Below are positions 9,969-20,267 of a stretch of 64,000 bases of DNA, in pieces. The stretch is from a virus. Lineage: Duplodnaviria > Caudoviricetes. Numbering within the stretch: the first letter of the stretch is position 1; the number at the start of each line of letters is the position of its first letter. The translations under genes were made by a program, and so were the position numbers. A model generated the notes under the pieces. It did not search any database. It saw nothing but the letters and a program-made list of their open reading frames with translations, and was not told the DNA's origin. The DNA is taken from positions 267,850-331,849 of the IMG/VR virus record IMGVR_UViG_3300037851_000141; one strand, 5' to 3'.

Positions 9969-10445
9969 ATGGCTCGCATCACTCTCCGTAAGGCTCTCAA
10001 TAAAAAGAACAAACTCATTGGTCGTATCAAGGAGTTGGAAACCCATATTGCTCGTAATTTCAACAAATCTATCCAATATGTTGATGGTCAGGCTCTTTCT
10101 TGCCGTCAAATGGATATAACCAAAGAATATAAGGAACTATTTGACACCAAGAATAAGCTGGTTCTTCTCAAGTCGGCGCTGGCTAAAGCTAATGTCGGTA
10201 TCTATGAAAAGATTTATCGCATTGCCGAGTTAAAGGCTGATATTACTTGGTTGCGTGGACTGAACACAAATGCCGGTAAATCTGTAAACGAGTATGGTGA
10301 CAAGACTTACATCACCGAAAGTACTCCATTCAAATCTGCTGAAGAAGTAATGGCGATGATCAAATATGACGAAGGGTTGATTGAAACCTTCCAAGAGCAG
10401 ATTGACGAATTCAACGGTGTGACTTTTATTGAACTTGATGACTGA
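9969..10445 (+). CDS. coiled-coil hypothetical protein (possibly DIP1984-like)
   Basis: own promoter TTGACA-N16-TAGAAT, AAAGGA RBS, helical sequence; family guess from memory only. Confidence 0.7.
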   Translation: MARITLRKALNKKNKLIGRIKELETHIARNFNKSIQYVDGQALSCRQMDITKEYKELFDTKNKLVLLKSALAKANVGIYEKIYRIAELKADITWLRGLNTNAGKSVNEYGDKTYITESTPFKSAEEVMAMIKYDEGLIETFQEQIDEFNGVTFIELDD

Positions 10446-10465
10446 TTTTTGATTTTGGCAACTAT

Positions 10466-10697
10466 ATATCCGCCCAACTCTTTAGATTGTTAAATATCTA
10501 AGGAACAAAACTATAAGCCCCAAAAAGGCATATAGCGCATCTTTCCTTCGGGGAAGATTAACATACCTGGAACCGATAGTGGTAGAGCCTTGAGCTATTC
10601 TTGACTCTTACATTATCCGAACTCTTTAATCCGAAATCAAGCTTCCAGGCTCTTTTCGTTCCTTTATATTTAACGGTTTGATGGGTTGGGCGGATAT
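10466..10697 (+). ncRNA. structured RNA candidate 3' of the coiled-coil gene
   Basis: perfect 13-bp closing stem 10466-10478/10685-10697, inner stems, C(UUCG)G hairpin, G-U pairs favour the + strand. Confidence 0.65.
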
Positions 10698-10699
10698 TT

Positions 10700-11758
10700 T
10701 TATTCTATCTCTCCACCACCTAAACAAACATCATTAGCCAAGTCATAGAATACCGCATGTTGACCTGGAGCCGCAACTACAGGATCATCAGTTAAGACTT
10801 TTACAACAGAATCAGATTTGTATAACTTAGCCTTTGTACAGGTTCCACGATAACGAACTTGACAAACGACTTCCATACCATCATAAAAAGGTCCAGGGAA
10901 CAATTCATTTTTGATAGTAAAGTCATTAGTTGAAATCTTCTCAATAGTATCAACATATATTACATTATTATTGACATCTACCTTATCAACAAAGAGTGGA
11001 ATTGGAGTACCGTGTAAGCCGATTCCTTTTCTTTGGCCTTTAGTCTTTCCCCAAACGCCATTATGTTGCCCAATTACCATATTCTTATATACAATAGGTC
11101 CACGCTTTTTCTGTAATCCACCAAAGTCAAATAGGAACTCACTAATATTGCCACCAGGGACCATACACAGATCGGTAGAGTCGGGTTTAGCGGCAACATG
11201 AATCCCGATCTTATTAGCAATCTCCCTAATCTCCATTTTAGTAGAGAATCCACCTAAAGGGAAATGAATCTGTGGAATTATATCTTTAGGAATCCGATAG
11301 AGGAAGTAAGACTGGTCCTTTTTCAGATCCTTGGCCCTAGTGATAAAGAACTGATCATCTATCTCTTTCGTATTAGCATAATGTCCGGTTGCTAAATGAA
11401 CAGACCTATCACCATTTACAGCTTGGTAGAGGCTATTGATTTTAGTTGTGGCATTACAGAGGATACAAGGTGATGGAGTTAAGCCATTCTCGTAATCCTT
11501 TACCATTGGCTTTACAGTATGGTCCATAAAGGTCTGTTGAGCATCTATGACCTTAAATTGGATACCTAAGTCATTGGCAATCTTTGAAGCATCTTGAGTA
11601 GCTTTAGCATTACAACAGGATGCCGAATTGATATTTTGATTACAACGCCAAAGGACAAGATTTACTCCAATGACGTTATATCCATTACTCTTTAGTAGGT
11701 GAGCAGATACAGCAGAGTCAACGCCACCAGACAGACCAACAGCCACAGTAATAGGCAT
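10700..11758 (-). CDS. mnmA: tRNA-specific 2-thiouridylase MnmA
   Basis: SGGVDS, PSPCILCN, ATGHYA, KDQSYFL, GQRKG, VRYR, APGQHAVFY. Confidence 0.95.
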   Translation of the reverse strand: MPITVAVGLSGGVDSAVSAHLLKSNGYNVIGVNLVLWRCNQNINSASCCNAKATQDASKIANDLGIQFKVIDAQQTFMDHTVKPMVKDYENGLTPSPCILCNATTKINSLYQAVNGDRSVHLATGHYANTKEIDDQFFITRAKDLKKDQSYFLYRIPKDIIPQIHFPLGGFSTKMEIREIANKIGIHVAAKPDSTDLCMVPGGNISEFLFDFGGLQKKRGPIVYKNMVIGQHNGVWGKTKGQRKGIGLHGTPIPLFVDKVDVNNNVIYVDTIEKISTNDFTIKNELFPGPFYDGMEVVCQVRYRGTCTKAKLYKSDSVVKVLTDDPVVAAPGQHAVFYDLANDVCLGGGEIE

Positions 11759-11821
11759 GGTTATTCCTTATGGCGGGATTATAACATCAGCCAAAGGGAA
11801 GTCAAGAGTAAAGCAGAATGG

Positions 11822-12250
11822 TCAAATTAAGTCAAACTTGCCAATAGATAAAGTAAATTGGACATCATACATATCATTACCCAAAGGTTTGACTATTACA
11901 TCGTTTACTATTATCTCTTCATTCTTTACTGGAAATTGGTGAACAGCATCTTCAAACTGTTCTGGCGTGTTTAGTAGACCAGCATCACCAGTAAACCACT
12001 CTTTTACAAACTGTTCTGGCGAGGTTGTATAATACTCATCTATCATTTTAGGTGGAATGTATAGTTGACCCCTAAAAGTCATAGAACCGGAAATAAAAGT
12101 ATCCTCTCTTGTTTCACCGGGTTCTTCCTTTAGTCGGCCATTAATCCACTTTACTTTTCTTATATCTTTACTAAACCGTTGATCAGCAGCATTACTCATA
12201 TCAAGGTTTTCGAAAATCATCTTTATCTTGTCTTTTAGTGATTTACTCAT
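11822..12250 (-). CDS. late-expressed putative head-internal protein
   Basis: TATAAATA at 12281-12274; N-terminal KMIFE candidate protease site. Confidence 0.6.
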   Translation of the reverse strand: MSKSLKDKIKMIFENLDMSNAADQRFSKDIRKVKWINGRLKEEPGETREDTFISGSMTFRGQLYIPPKMIDEYYTTSPEQFVKEWFTGDAGLLNTPEQFEDAVHQFPVKNEEIIVNDVIVKPLGNDMYDVQFTLSIGKFDLI

Positions 12251-12343
12251 GGCTTTATTCCACCCTTTACTCTTATTTATATTTGTTTGCGATGAAAAAT
12301 TGAAAAAATGGGGATACAGAGCGTTCTAACACACATACAACGA

Positions 12344-12580
12344 TTAAGATTCTTTTTTGAAATCGCCTGCCTCATATAGTGCCTTTTCAAGCTGATCTAT
12401 ATCGTCTAGCTTCCAGTAATGTTGAGCCTTCTTCAGAGCCGACTTTAGTTTGTCTATTTCAGCCTGTTGATCACGTAGAACCGGAAACAATTGTAATCTT
12501 ACTTCTTGGGCGGCTCTATTGGCACGTTCATTAGCTCTTTCGACAGCAAGTCGTAATTCGTTTAGTTGTTCATCAATCAT
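12344..12580 (-). CDS. hypothetical coiled-coil protein
   Basis: ORF track; coupled to the upstream gene. Confidence 0.55.
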   Translation of the reverse strand: MIDEQLNELRLAVERANERANRAAQEVRLQLFPVLRDQQAEIDKLKSALKKAQHYWKLDDIDQLEKALYEAGDFKKES

Positions 12581-12831
12581 AGTAATCCTGCCTCTTCCGC
12601 TGCATTGAGGGCATCACAAATAAACCTCTGCTTTTCTGATGACGTACAAGCACAAAGCCATTGATCGGGACGAGGTTCACCATTGAAATCACCACAGGTT
12701 TTGGAATCAACAATTGGATAGATAGCGTCAACTTTAGGGCATTCACTATTACCGCCATTAAAGATATCGAATATCCAATCCGAATATTCTTTAGTAACAA
12801 TTCCACACCACATGTTAAATCGTTGAGCCAT
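12577..12831 (-). CDS. hypothetical protein
   Basis: ORF track. Confidence 0.5.
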   Translation of the reverse strand: MAQRFNMWCGIVTKEYSDWIFDIFNGGNSECPKVDAIYPIVDSKTCGDFNGEPRPDQWLCACTSSEKQRFICDALNAAEEAGLL

Positions 12832-12910
12832 TCCACCATCCTATTGAACAAGTGATGCAGCAGAGCCACAATAACCCTGCTGCACCCTTGTTTTGTCTTT
12901 ATTACTTGAC

Positions 12911-13318
12911 TCAGGCTTGAGCAGCAGCAGGCGCAGAGTCAGTGGTAGCAGTAGCCTCAGTGTTCTTGGCTGGACGACCGCGCTTCTTCTTTTCTCCCTG
13001 GACCTTTACGATACCAGTACGAGGCTTAGGAGCGCGAACACCAGGGATCAGAGCAACATCATAACGAACACCATCAATCTCAGCGTATGGGAATTGGCCG
13101 GATGGGTGGGTTAGCTTGATCTTACTATCCTTGGCGAATGAGCTATTACCAGCATCGACAACCGTAAACATATGATCTACGGGGGTGTCTCCGATCTTAG
13201 TAATATTCTCAGCCTCACCATAATGACGAGCCGGGAAGACGGTCAGACGAGCAGTTTCCTGTCCATCCTTCGTTCCGACAAGGTGATAGGGCTTAGACAT
13301 GATACGGACAGCAGGCAT
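12911..13318 (-). CDS. protein with C-terminal AT-hook
   Basis: KKKRGRPAK; start moved to MPAVR (AAAGGAG RBS) because the track start is the TTG of a -35 box. Confidence 0.65.
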   Translation of the reverse strand: MPAVRIMSKPYHLVGTKDGQETARLTVFPARHYGEAENITKIGDTPVDHMFTVVDAGNSSFAKDSKIKLTHPSGQFPYAEIDGVRYDVALIPGVRAPKPRTGIVKVQGEKKKRGRPAKNTEATATTDSAPAAAQA

Positions 13319-13383
13319 GGGTTCTCCTTTATGAGTAAGTAGCCTGTTTGTGAGCGAGTAGTTTACCGAAATAATTCCTAAAG

Positions 13384-14357
13384 TCAAGAGTTATTTTTAG
13401 GCCAGTCAGACATAAGAGAATTTGTTGAAGTTCCTTTTGAGAACATATTATCGTTGGTTCGTAGCACAGCACCATCTTCAGTAAAATATTCAATATGGTG
13501 TGGCTTTATAATATCAACAGCAATCGTTAAAATCTTTACTTTATTAGTAATTTGGTCATTCCACTTAGTAAGAGTTCCAATTGTTTCCTCAACATGTTTC
13601 ATTTCACTTAATATTTCGTTATGGACATCTTTTTTATGTTGTTTAATAACTTGAGTGAGATTTTCTATAGCTTCCATAATCTGTTTTTGTTGATTTTCAA
13701 TATTTTGGAGTCGTTCATTGAAATCATTATCATCAAGTCCGGTTGTCATTTGGTTATTCCTTATTGGATTTGTGTAGTGCGACCATCAATAAGATATCAC
13801 TCTGTCCAATATTGTTTTGTCATGTTTATTTCTCAGGATTGATATCAGAAATTTGTGCTTGGTGGATGTCAATATCAAACTCTGGATGTCTTGGCCGAAT
13901 AAAGTTGACAACACACTTAAGGATAGTAAACAGTTTAGAAATGTTGAAATCTCTCTTTACATTATGTTCTTGAGAGAGTCTAACCAGATGAGCCATTCGT
14001 TCCATATCTTTGACGAGCATATTCATATTGTCGGTTAGAATATTATTTTGAGTCTCTACCTTTTGAAGCCTACGATCCATTTCATCTTGGGTATACATGG
14101 GAGACTCCTTACTGCTGTTGTGCCTGGATTATACCTTGAGATTTCCAGTTGTCAAGCAGAGATTTAGCCTCTTTGTAAGTGATGTATTTGCCAGTATATG
14201 GAAGGAGTCGAGGGTTTATATGGCAACCACGAATACGATCAGCCTGCTTTAATGAACCCCAACCAGATAGTTTAGACCAGAATTTGGGTTCCTGATCATC
14301 ACTAAGGCGAGTTTCAAGTTGGCTAAATACGACATATACAGCCGGCTTATGCGACAT
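13384..14357 (-). other. three hypothetical CDSs (13384-13749, 13826-14098, 14109-14357)
   Basis: ORF track; AAGGA(G) RBSs. Confidence 0.55.
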
Positions 14358-14467
14358 GGTATAATCCTTAATTTGATGCCGCTATTATAATCGGGTTTTT
14401 AGGAAGTCAAGAAAAATAATAATCCCCCACCAGTTGACCGATGAGGGATTATCTTCTATTATCTTAA

Positions 14468-15454
14468 TCAGGCTTTAGGAAGGAATCGACCAAACTTATC
14501 TCTCTTTGGTGGATTCTTATTAGAGGTCTTACCAATGAATCGACCAAACTTATCCCGACTTGGAAGATCAGGCATTGATGGAACAAGCGGAATCTTATTT
14601 TCGTCATCCTCAATATACTGTTCAACCAAGTCATCCTCATCATATTCTTCATCTGAATCATCTTCAACATGATCAAGATAGTCATCCTCTTTACTAACCT
14701 TAACAAGAGGCTCAGAAATCAGTTTAGCAGTAGTAGGATCTTCAGAATTGATTGCTAATACCTCAAACTGGCAGCAGCGAAGTTTAGCATTGTTGTAATC
14801 GGTAGGAATAGCAACAACATCCTTGGGGTTAATCTTGACATTGAGCAGAATACGAGAGAAATTCTTAGCGTATTCAAACCCAGCAGCATGTAGACCACTG
14901 GAACAGGTATTGTTAGGATTACTATCACAATTTTCCCGTGGCATGCTGACGATACAACCAACATTATTAACCATTTGACCAGTACGAGCATCAACCAAAT
15001 CTCCATTTTCATTGCGTTGTACTGCACGATACGCAACAAAGCAACCATCATCAGTAATAGGAAGGTTGTTTTTCTCCAAGAATGCGTAAAGATCAGTTTG
15101 GGTACGAGGATCGGGGTTAGCCTTACAGTTATTCCAGAACAAAATTAGCGACTTGGCTTGTGGGAGAAAACCAGTTTCAGCAAAATCAAACAAACGAGAG
15201 CCAAGACAAGCCGGCAACTTATCTGATCCAACAAACACTTCGCCATTATCAGAAATGTTGAACAGATTAGAAACGTGCTTGCGAATATTCATAAGAGGAT
15301 CAATAATAGACAAGAAAGTATCGGGATTTGACTCATCTTGTTTAATCAATTCAACCGCCTTTTCATAAGCAGGAGTGCCAGATAGAACCGTGCGAGGATT
15401 CTTACCTGGAAACAAGAGAGTAAGAGAGGTAGCGGACTTGATGAAAGGGACCAT
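14468..15454 (-). CDS. rIIB: rIIB-like protein
   Basis: LPITDDGCFVAYRAV, TCSSGLH, VKINPKDVVAIPTDYNNAKLRCC; acidic tail and two RDKFGRF repeats. Confidence 0.9.
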   Translation of the reverse strand: MVPFIKSATSLTLLFPGKNPRTVLSGTPAYEKAVELIKQDESNPDTFLSIIDPLMNIRKHVSNLFNISDNGEVFVGSDKLPACLGSRLFDFAETGFLPQAKSLILFWNNCKANPDPRTQTDLYAFLEKNNLPITDDGCFVAYRAVQRNENGDLVDARTGQMVNNVGCIVSMPRENCDSNPNNTCSSGLHAAGFEYAKNFSRILLNVKINPKDVVAIPTDYNNAKLRCCQFEVLAINSEDPTTAKLISEPLVKVSKEDDYLDHVEDDSDEEYDEDDLVEQYIEDDENKIPLVPSMPDLPSRDKFGRFIGKTSNKNPPKRDKFGRFLPKA

Positions 15455-15505
15455 GGGATTATTCCTTTTGTTTAGGCTATAAGTATAACGTGGGTTTAGA
15501 GGAAG

Positions 15506-15718
15506 TCAACCAAAAGTTAATTCGGCTTTCGTATGATGTCCAATTTCAACCCATTCGCAGACGACAACTCGACTTAGATAGACAATAATAGGCTTTTGAC
15601 AAAATTTACATAGCATCTTATAACTACCACCACCATAGGATTCAGCATTCCAGGTAGCAACTTCAGCAAAGCAGTCTTTTTTACCGCAATGAGGGCAGCA
15701 GGATTTAGGTTTGCTCAT
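15506..15718 (-). CDS. small zinc-finger protein
   Basis: CPHC...CKFC. Confidence 0.55.
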   Translation of the reverse strand: MSKPKSCCPHCGKKDCFAEVATWNAESYGGGSYKMLCKFCQKPIIVYLSRVVVCEWVEIGHHTKAELTFG

Positions 15719-15722
15719 AGTT

Positions 15723-16730
15723 TCAGAAGTTCTTATCTAGGATGTTTACGAAGTTCTTGCGAATAAGAGTTTGTGCTTGTTCTCCGATTCGACTCTTAAT
15801 GGCTTTTTGTTCATCCTTTTCAAGAGTCTCAAAGCCGGGATTCTCTTTGAGGAAGTCTTTATGAGCATCCTGCATGAGTCCACCAAGCAACTTACCGAAA
15901 TCCTTACCAGTAATATCACCAATTTTACTGATGACATTCTTGAGACGATTTTCGGTAATGAATTGTGAGAATGAATCAAGGAGAGCAATAGCACCTTCAG
16001 ACAACTTAAGTTCCTCTTTAGGTGGCCGAGGATGCTTACTCTCTTTACTCTTTTCACTCCACTTATCATTCTTATTCTTGAGGATAACACGACTGCCACA
16101 ACCAAAGAAAAGAGGCTTGACGGGACGAAGTACAACACCCTCGCAGATATTTGGAGAGATTGGAGGTAAACCCAATTGCTCTGGAACCTTAGAATCGAAC
16201 TCATTGGGGTACTTCATGGCGTCTTCAAATGAGCCACAGAATAAGGTCTTAGCATGAAGGAATCCGAATTGAGCGTACAACTTCTCAACAGTCAAGGCAT
16301 CTAACCATTGACCATCAGCAACGATATCAAATCCATAGAAATAGTTATTTGGTCCATAGAATACACCCTTTTGTACTTTGGTTACTCCAGGGACTTTAGC
16401 GACATTAGGATGATCGTAGGAACCACCGCAAATCTCACCGTAAAGAGTCATTTCCTGGCAACCAAGATGCTTATAAAGTGATTCAATCTTATCTTTATGT
16501 GATTCAGCAACACGATTTAGACCATTGAAATTCTCGCCAGGAGCTAAGAAACAACTCCGCTTTCCAAGAATGATTTGACCATCTGGAAGCCGTTTGATTT
16601 GAGCCGAACTGCCATGTACTTTTTCCCCAACAACCCACTGTCCAGCAGAAAAGCCTAATTGGACAATCTTGTTAATGGTTTCGGTACGGTAAGCGTTTTC
16701 AATGTCAGGGAATGAGACGAAGGTAGGCAT
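15723..16730 (-). CDS. rnlB: RNA ligase, T4 Rnl2 family
   Basis: EKVHGSS (motif I), YGEICG, YGFDI, EGVVLRP, ILKNKNDKWSE. Confidence 0.9.
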   Translation of the reverse strand: MPTFVSFPDIENAYRTETINKIVQLGFSAGQWVVGEKVHGSSAQIKRLPDGQIILGKRSCFLAPGENFNGLNRVAESHKDKIESLYKHLGCQEMTLYGEICGGSYDHPNVAKVPGVTKVQKGVFYGPNNYFYGFDIVADGQWLDALTVEKLYAQFGFLHAKTLFCGSFEDAMKYPNEFDSKVPEQLGLPPISPNICEGVVLRPVKPLFFGCGSRVILKNKNDKWSEKSKESKHPRPPKEELKLSEGAIALLDSFSQFITENRLKNVISKIGDITGKDFGKLLGGLMQDAHKDFLKENPGFETLEKDEQKAIKSRIGEQAQTLIRKNFVNILDKNF

Positions 16731-16780
16731 AGTTGTTTCCTTTATTGTTCGCCAGCAATTATATCGTCAAAAATCCAAAG

Positions 16781-17110
16781 TCAAGATGTTTTTGGTTTCC
16801 GCAGTTTCTCAAGTTCAATTATTCTCTTTTCAGCATCTTTGACGGCATTTTCAATTATATATTTTTGATGTTTAATTTTTTGCTCAATAAGATCGTCAGG
16901 CAAATAATCAACCTTTTCATATTTTATTGAATAAGTTTCGGCAGAATTGACCCAAGCGAACTGCCAACATTCTTCCACGATATAATTTCGCATTTCATAA
17001 TCTTCACGGAAATCTGGCAATTCAAGATATTCTGGTTCACTTGGTCCAGCAGAAACGATAACCCAAACTTTGTACCAAGTCATTTTTTTCCTTTGTATAT
17101 CTTCCAGCAA
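16781..17110 (-). CDS. hypothetical protein
   Basis: ORF track; likely start MTWYK at 17083. Confidence 0.55.
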   Translation of the reverse strand: MLEDIQRKKMTWYKVWVIVSAGPSEPEYLELPDFREDYEMRNYIVEECWQFAWVNSAETYSIKYEKVDYLPDDLIEQKIKHQKYIIENAVKDAEKRIIELEKLRKPKTS

Positions 17111-17589
17111 GTAGCCATATCTTTACGCATCTTACAATCAGTTATCAGACCAAAACTAAGATGCTTATTGCAGCGAGTCTTATACAAGTTATTTACATCT
17201 TTACTTTGAAGACCTTGACAAGTATGTTGATATGGACAATGTAATTCTTCAATTGGAGCCGGGGTTTTGCCTTCGCGCCATTCTTTGTAATCGGCACCAA
17301 ACCTGGAGAAATGTAGAGTTTGTCCTTCTTTAGTGGTTACATCTTTAGCAGAAATACAGTATCCAGCAGCAGTTTCATATACACGTTCAACACCTTTACG
17401 AACTTTACGATTCTTGAATTTCTTAAAGGTCCGCTTAAACTCTACTTTACCAGTTCCATTACAATTCGTACAGACAACAGCAGCACCACTTCTTTCAGCC
17501 ATACCAACATAAAGTCCAGTTCCGTCGCAAGAATCACAAGCAACTTCTCCAGTTAGGGTATAGGTGGTTTCGGTTTCGGTGAGGTTCAT
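17080..17589 (-). CDS. protein with DnaJ-type CxxCxGxG zinc motifs
   Basis: CDSCDGTG and CTNCNGTG. Confidence 0.65.
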   Translation of the reverse strand: MNLTETETTYTLTGEVACDSCDGTGLYVGMAERSGAAVVCTNCNGTGKVEFKRTFKKFKNRKVRKGVERVYETAAGYCISAKDVTTKEGQTLHFSRFGADYKEWREGKTPAPIEELHCPYQHTCQGLQSKDVNNLYKTRCNKHLSFGLITDCKMRKDMATCWKIYKGKK

Positions 17590-17635
17590 TTGTTTCCTTT
17601 ATTCTGGTGAGAGTTTATCAACGGTTATTATAAAG

Positions 17636-18076
17636 TCAAGCACAAACTGTATGACAAGAGATGTCGCAACTAACAAACTCGTCAAAATAACCAAGCCAAT
17701 TAGGGTAAAATCTATTGGGCAAACCACTTATAAAAGAACGATCACCTTTATCTGTGTGGTCTATAATCTTTTTTAATCTGTTTGCGTTATCTTCTGAATC
17801 AAATATTGCGACAAATTGAACACAGCCTAATTCACGACCAAAGGTAGAACCAGTATTATAGGTGACTGAAACAAGGTAAACATTATCGCCAACTTTAGGA
17901 ACGAAATCGACTTGGATATGTTCTCTATAAGAAAATAGACTTTCATCCGATAATTTGATACCATTGACTCTTATTTCGTGTACCAAATCCGAGTGGCTAC
18001 TATATATGTTATTAGGATTATCCGGTTCGCCACCAGTTGAAGTTTTGTTATAGTCAATCCAAAGATAGTTTTCCAT
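17636..18076 (-). CDS. hypothetical protein
   Basis: ORF track. Confidence 0.6.
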   Translation of the reverse strand: MENYLWIDYNKTSTGGEPDNPNNIYSSHSDLVHEIRVNGIKLSDESLFSYREHIQVDFVPKVGDNVYLVSVTYNTGSTFGRELGCVQFVAIFDSEDNANRLKKIIDHTDKGDRSFISGLPNRFYPNWLGYFDEFVSCDISCHTVCA

Positions 18077-18079
18077 GGT

Positions 18080-20236
18080 TTACATCCTGTTAATATAGTT
18101 TATGATATGGTTATTATGTTGAGTCTGTTTATCTGATGGGTAAGTAAAGTAATCCATATCAGCCTCAAAAATAAAATGATACCTGGATTTCGCACTACTC
18201 CAAAGTTTATTAATAGTTTGGAGTTTCTGACTTACACAATTAGCTGGGGGTTGAATCTTATCTTTAGTGATTAGAGCCGCGATCCTATAGAATTCGTTAT
18301 AATCAATATGCTTGACATTCGTATTATCACGTAAATCAAGAAGTTCCATAAGCTTATACATATCGGTATTTTGGTCAATCTTATCTTTACAGTCTTTCCT
18401 TGACCAGATATTGTTGCGGAATTCGATTACTGCGGTTTTCCAAGCAATCTGTTCACTCTTATTTACAAAGTCAGAATCTTCATAGTCAATCTTATACAAC
18501 TTATCTACTTCTACAGAGAGCCGGTCGATAAAAGCGTCAAGTTTCTCAAATGACTTGACTTTATTGAGAAAGCTGGTTGGAACACCGATAAACTTAGGCG
18601 TCTTGAATGATGGATTTTGTGATTGAACATGTTTGACCATGTTATATATATTTGCCATTTGCTGATCAGAGATATTACGAGCATTCTTTCGGAGCATTTC
18701 AACAATTACAACATCTTCTTTATTGAATGTTGAGAAGTCAAAGTTTCCACCAAGCCAATAGATTCGCATGAATTCATAACCATCGACTTTAGCTTGACGT
18801 TCGTATTCTCTCTTTACTTTAGGAACATCAAGTTTACAAAGATCCACAGCATCCAAGACAGGCAGCATATCAATTACAGGAGAGTTACATTTTTTCTCAG
18901 CGAGTTCCTTAAGTGTATATGACAGGACTTGGATTGAATCAAGGTGCGGATTTTGTTGGAGCAGATAGTCAACTTTTCTCTTAGGAATGGAATCGCCGTC
19001 AGAGCAATAAGCCAACAACGTCTTTTCATGAACATGTATATCACCGGATCGCTTATACTTAGAACTATTATATTTAGGATAAACCCGAATAAAATCACCA
19101 TAATTTGTGTTAATCTCTCGACCATTTACTTGATATGCGGTATTGGTATTTTTATCAGTCCACACAACATGAGATATAACTTTAGCAAACTCAGTCAGAT
19201 TACAGACTTTTCGCCAGTGAACATTTGCCTTCCACAGAGATTCACATTCAGCTACTACATCTGATACGTCCTTTTTTACAATATCACAAATCTCAAACAG
19301 CCTATCAAGTATGGCTTTTTGAGTCTTTTCATCATATTGGAGATTTTCACGACTAAGAGCAACTGACAACTCACCAATGCCAAACTCCATAATGATATTA
19401 GCAGCAAACATATTACGAAGATTGGCTGGGAAGTTATTTAGCGAGTTGAGATTCACAATATAAGGAATCTGACCAACAAGAGCCACAACCTTATTTTGGT
19501 CATATATTACTGACTTCTTGAGGATTTGCCAATTAGTTCCCTCAAAGATAACATCATTTGTGGCATAGTCGATTGCGGAATTCTTGAGGTCAGGTCGAAC
19601 ATTCCAATATTGAGAGACTTCCACAGTATATTGATTGAAGTAATGGATATCTTCAATTTTAACAGGAACCGTGATAGTTGTGCCAGTTGATTCATTAGCT
19701 TCGCAAACCCTACGAGAACCATCAAACTCCATCAACTTATTACGACGATCTTCACCAATAATAGCAATATAGGTACGTTCAACAATCTCATTACCTTCTT
19801 GAGCCTTGGTAATGATGGTAAATGAATCAGTATATGCCCAGGGACTCTTGCTACCAATTCCAAATCCGCCAATCAGTTGCGAACCATCATCCGTGGCATG
19901 TTGACCTACTCCACGCTTAGTTGAAACTCCAAACTGAATAAAAACTTCCTTCATACGAGTAGGACTAATACCTGGACCATAATCCGTGACAGACCAATTA
20001 AGATTGAAGCGAGTAGGAATATTTACAACGATTGGCGTATTCTCTTTGCCAACTTCTTTATGAGCATCCTTGGCATTGGACATCAACTCTTGAACCAGTA
20101 CACGCTTAGGATTGCTATAAACGCTCTTACGCAGATATTCAAGAATGAGTCGAGGATCACCAATAGTAAACTCGGATTCGGTAAACTGTCCAGATGATTC
20201 GAGAACTACACCGTTGGAGTCGAGGCGCATGATCAA
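18080..20236 (-). CDS. rIIA: rIIA-like protein (N-terminal GHKL ATPase)
   Basis: QELMSNAKDAH, DYGPGIS, GGFGIGSKSPWAYTDSF, GTTITVPV. Confidence 0.9.
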   Translation of the reverse strand: MIMRLDSNGVVLESSGQFTESEFTIGDPRLILEYLRKSVYSNPKRVLVQELMSNAKDAHKEVGKENTPIVVNIPTRFNLNWSVTDYGPGISPTRMKEVFIQFGVSTKRGVGQHATDDGSQLIGGFGIGSKSPWAYTDSFTIITKAQEGNEIVERTYIAIIGEDRRNKLMEFDGSRRVCEANESTGTTITVPVKIEDIHYFNQYTVEVSQYWNVRPDLKNSAIDYATNDVIFEGTNWQILKKSVIYDQNKVVALVGQIPYIVNLNSLNNFPANLRNMFAANIIMEFGIGELSVALSRENLQYDEKTQKAILDRLFEICDIVKKDVSDVVAECESLWKANVHWRKVCNLTEFAKVISHVVWTDKNTNTAYQVNGREINTNYGDFIRVYPKYNSSKYKRSGDIHVHEKTLLAYCSDGDSIPKRKVDYLLQQNPHLDSIQVLSYTLKELAEKKCNSPVIDMLPVLDAVDLCKLDVPKVKREYERQAKVDGYEFMRIYWLGGNFDFSTFNKEDVVIVEMLRKNARNISDQQMANIYNMVKHVQSQNPSFKTPKFIGVPTSFLNKVKSFEKLDAFIDRLSVEVDKLYKIDYEDSDFVNKSEQIAWKTAVIEFRNNIWSRKDCKDKIDQNTDMYKLMELLDLRDNTNVKHIDYNEFYRIAALITKDKIQPPANCVSQKLQTINKLWSSAKSRYHFIFEADMDYFTYPSDKQTQHNNHIINYINRM

Positions 20237-20267
20237 AGCCTTTCGTTTGGTTGATGCGCTGATTATA

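Noticed and set aside
14468-14560. Twice-repeated RDKFGRF peptide in rIIB
   Set aside because: Similar RDxxGRF tails are familiar in T4-like rIIB proteins, so not treated as novel
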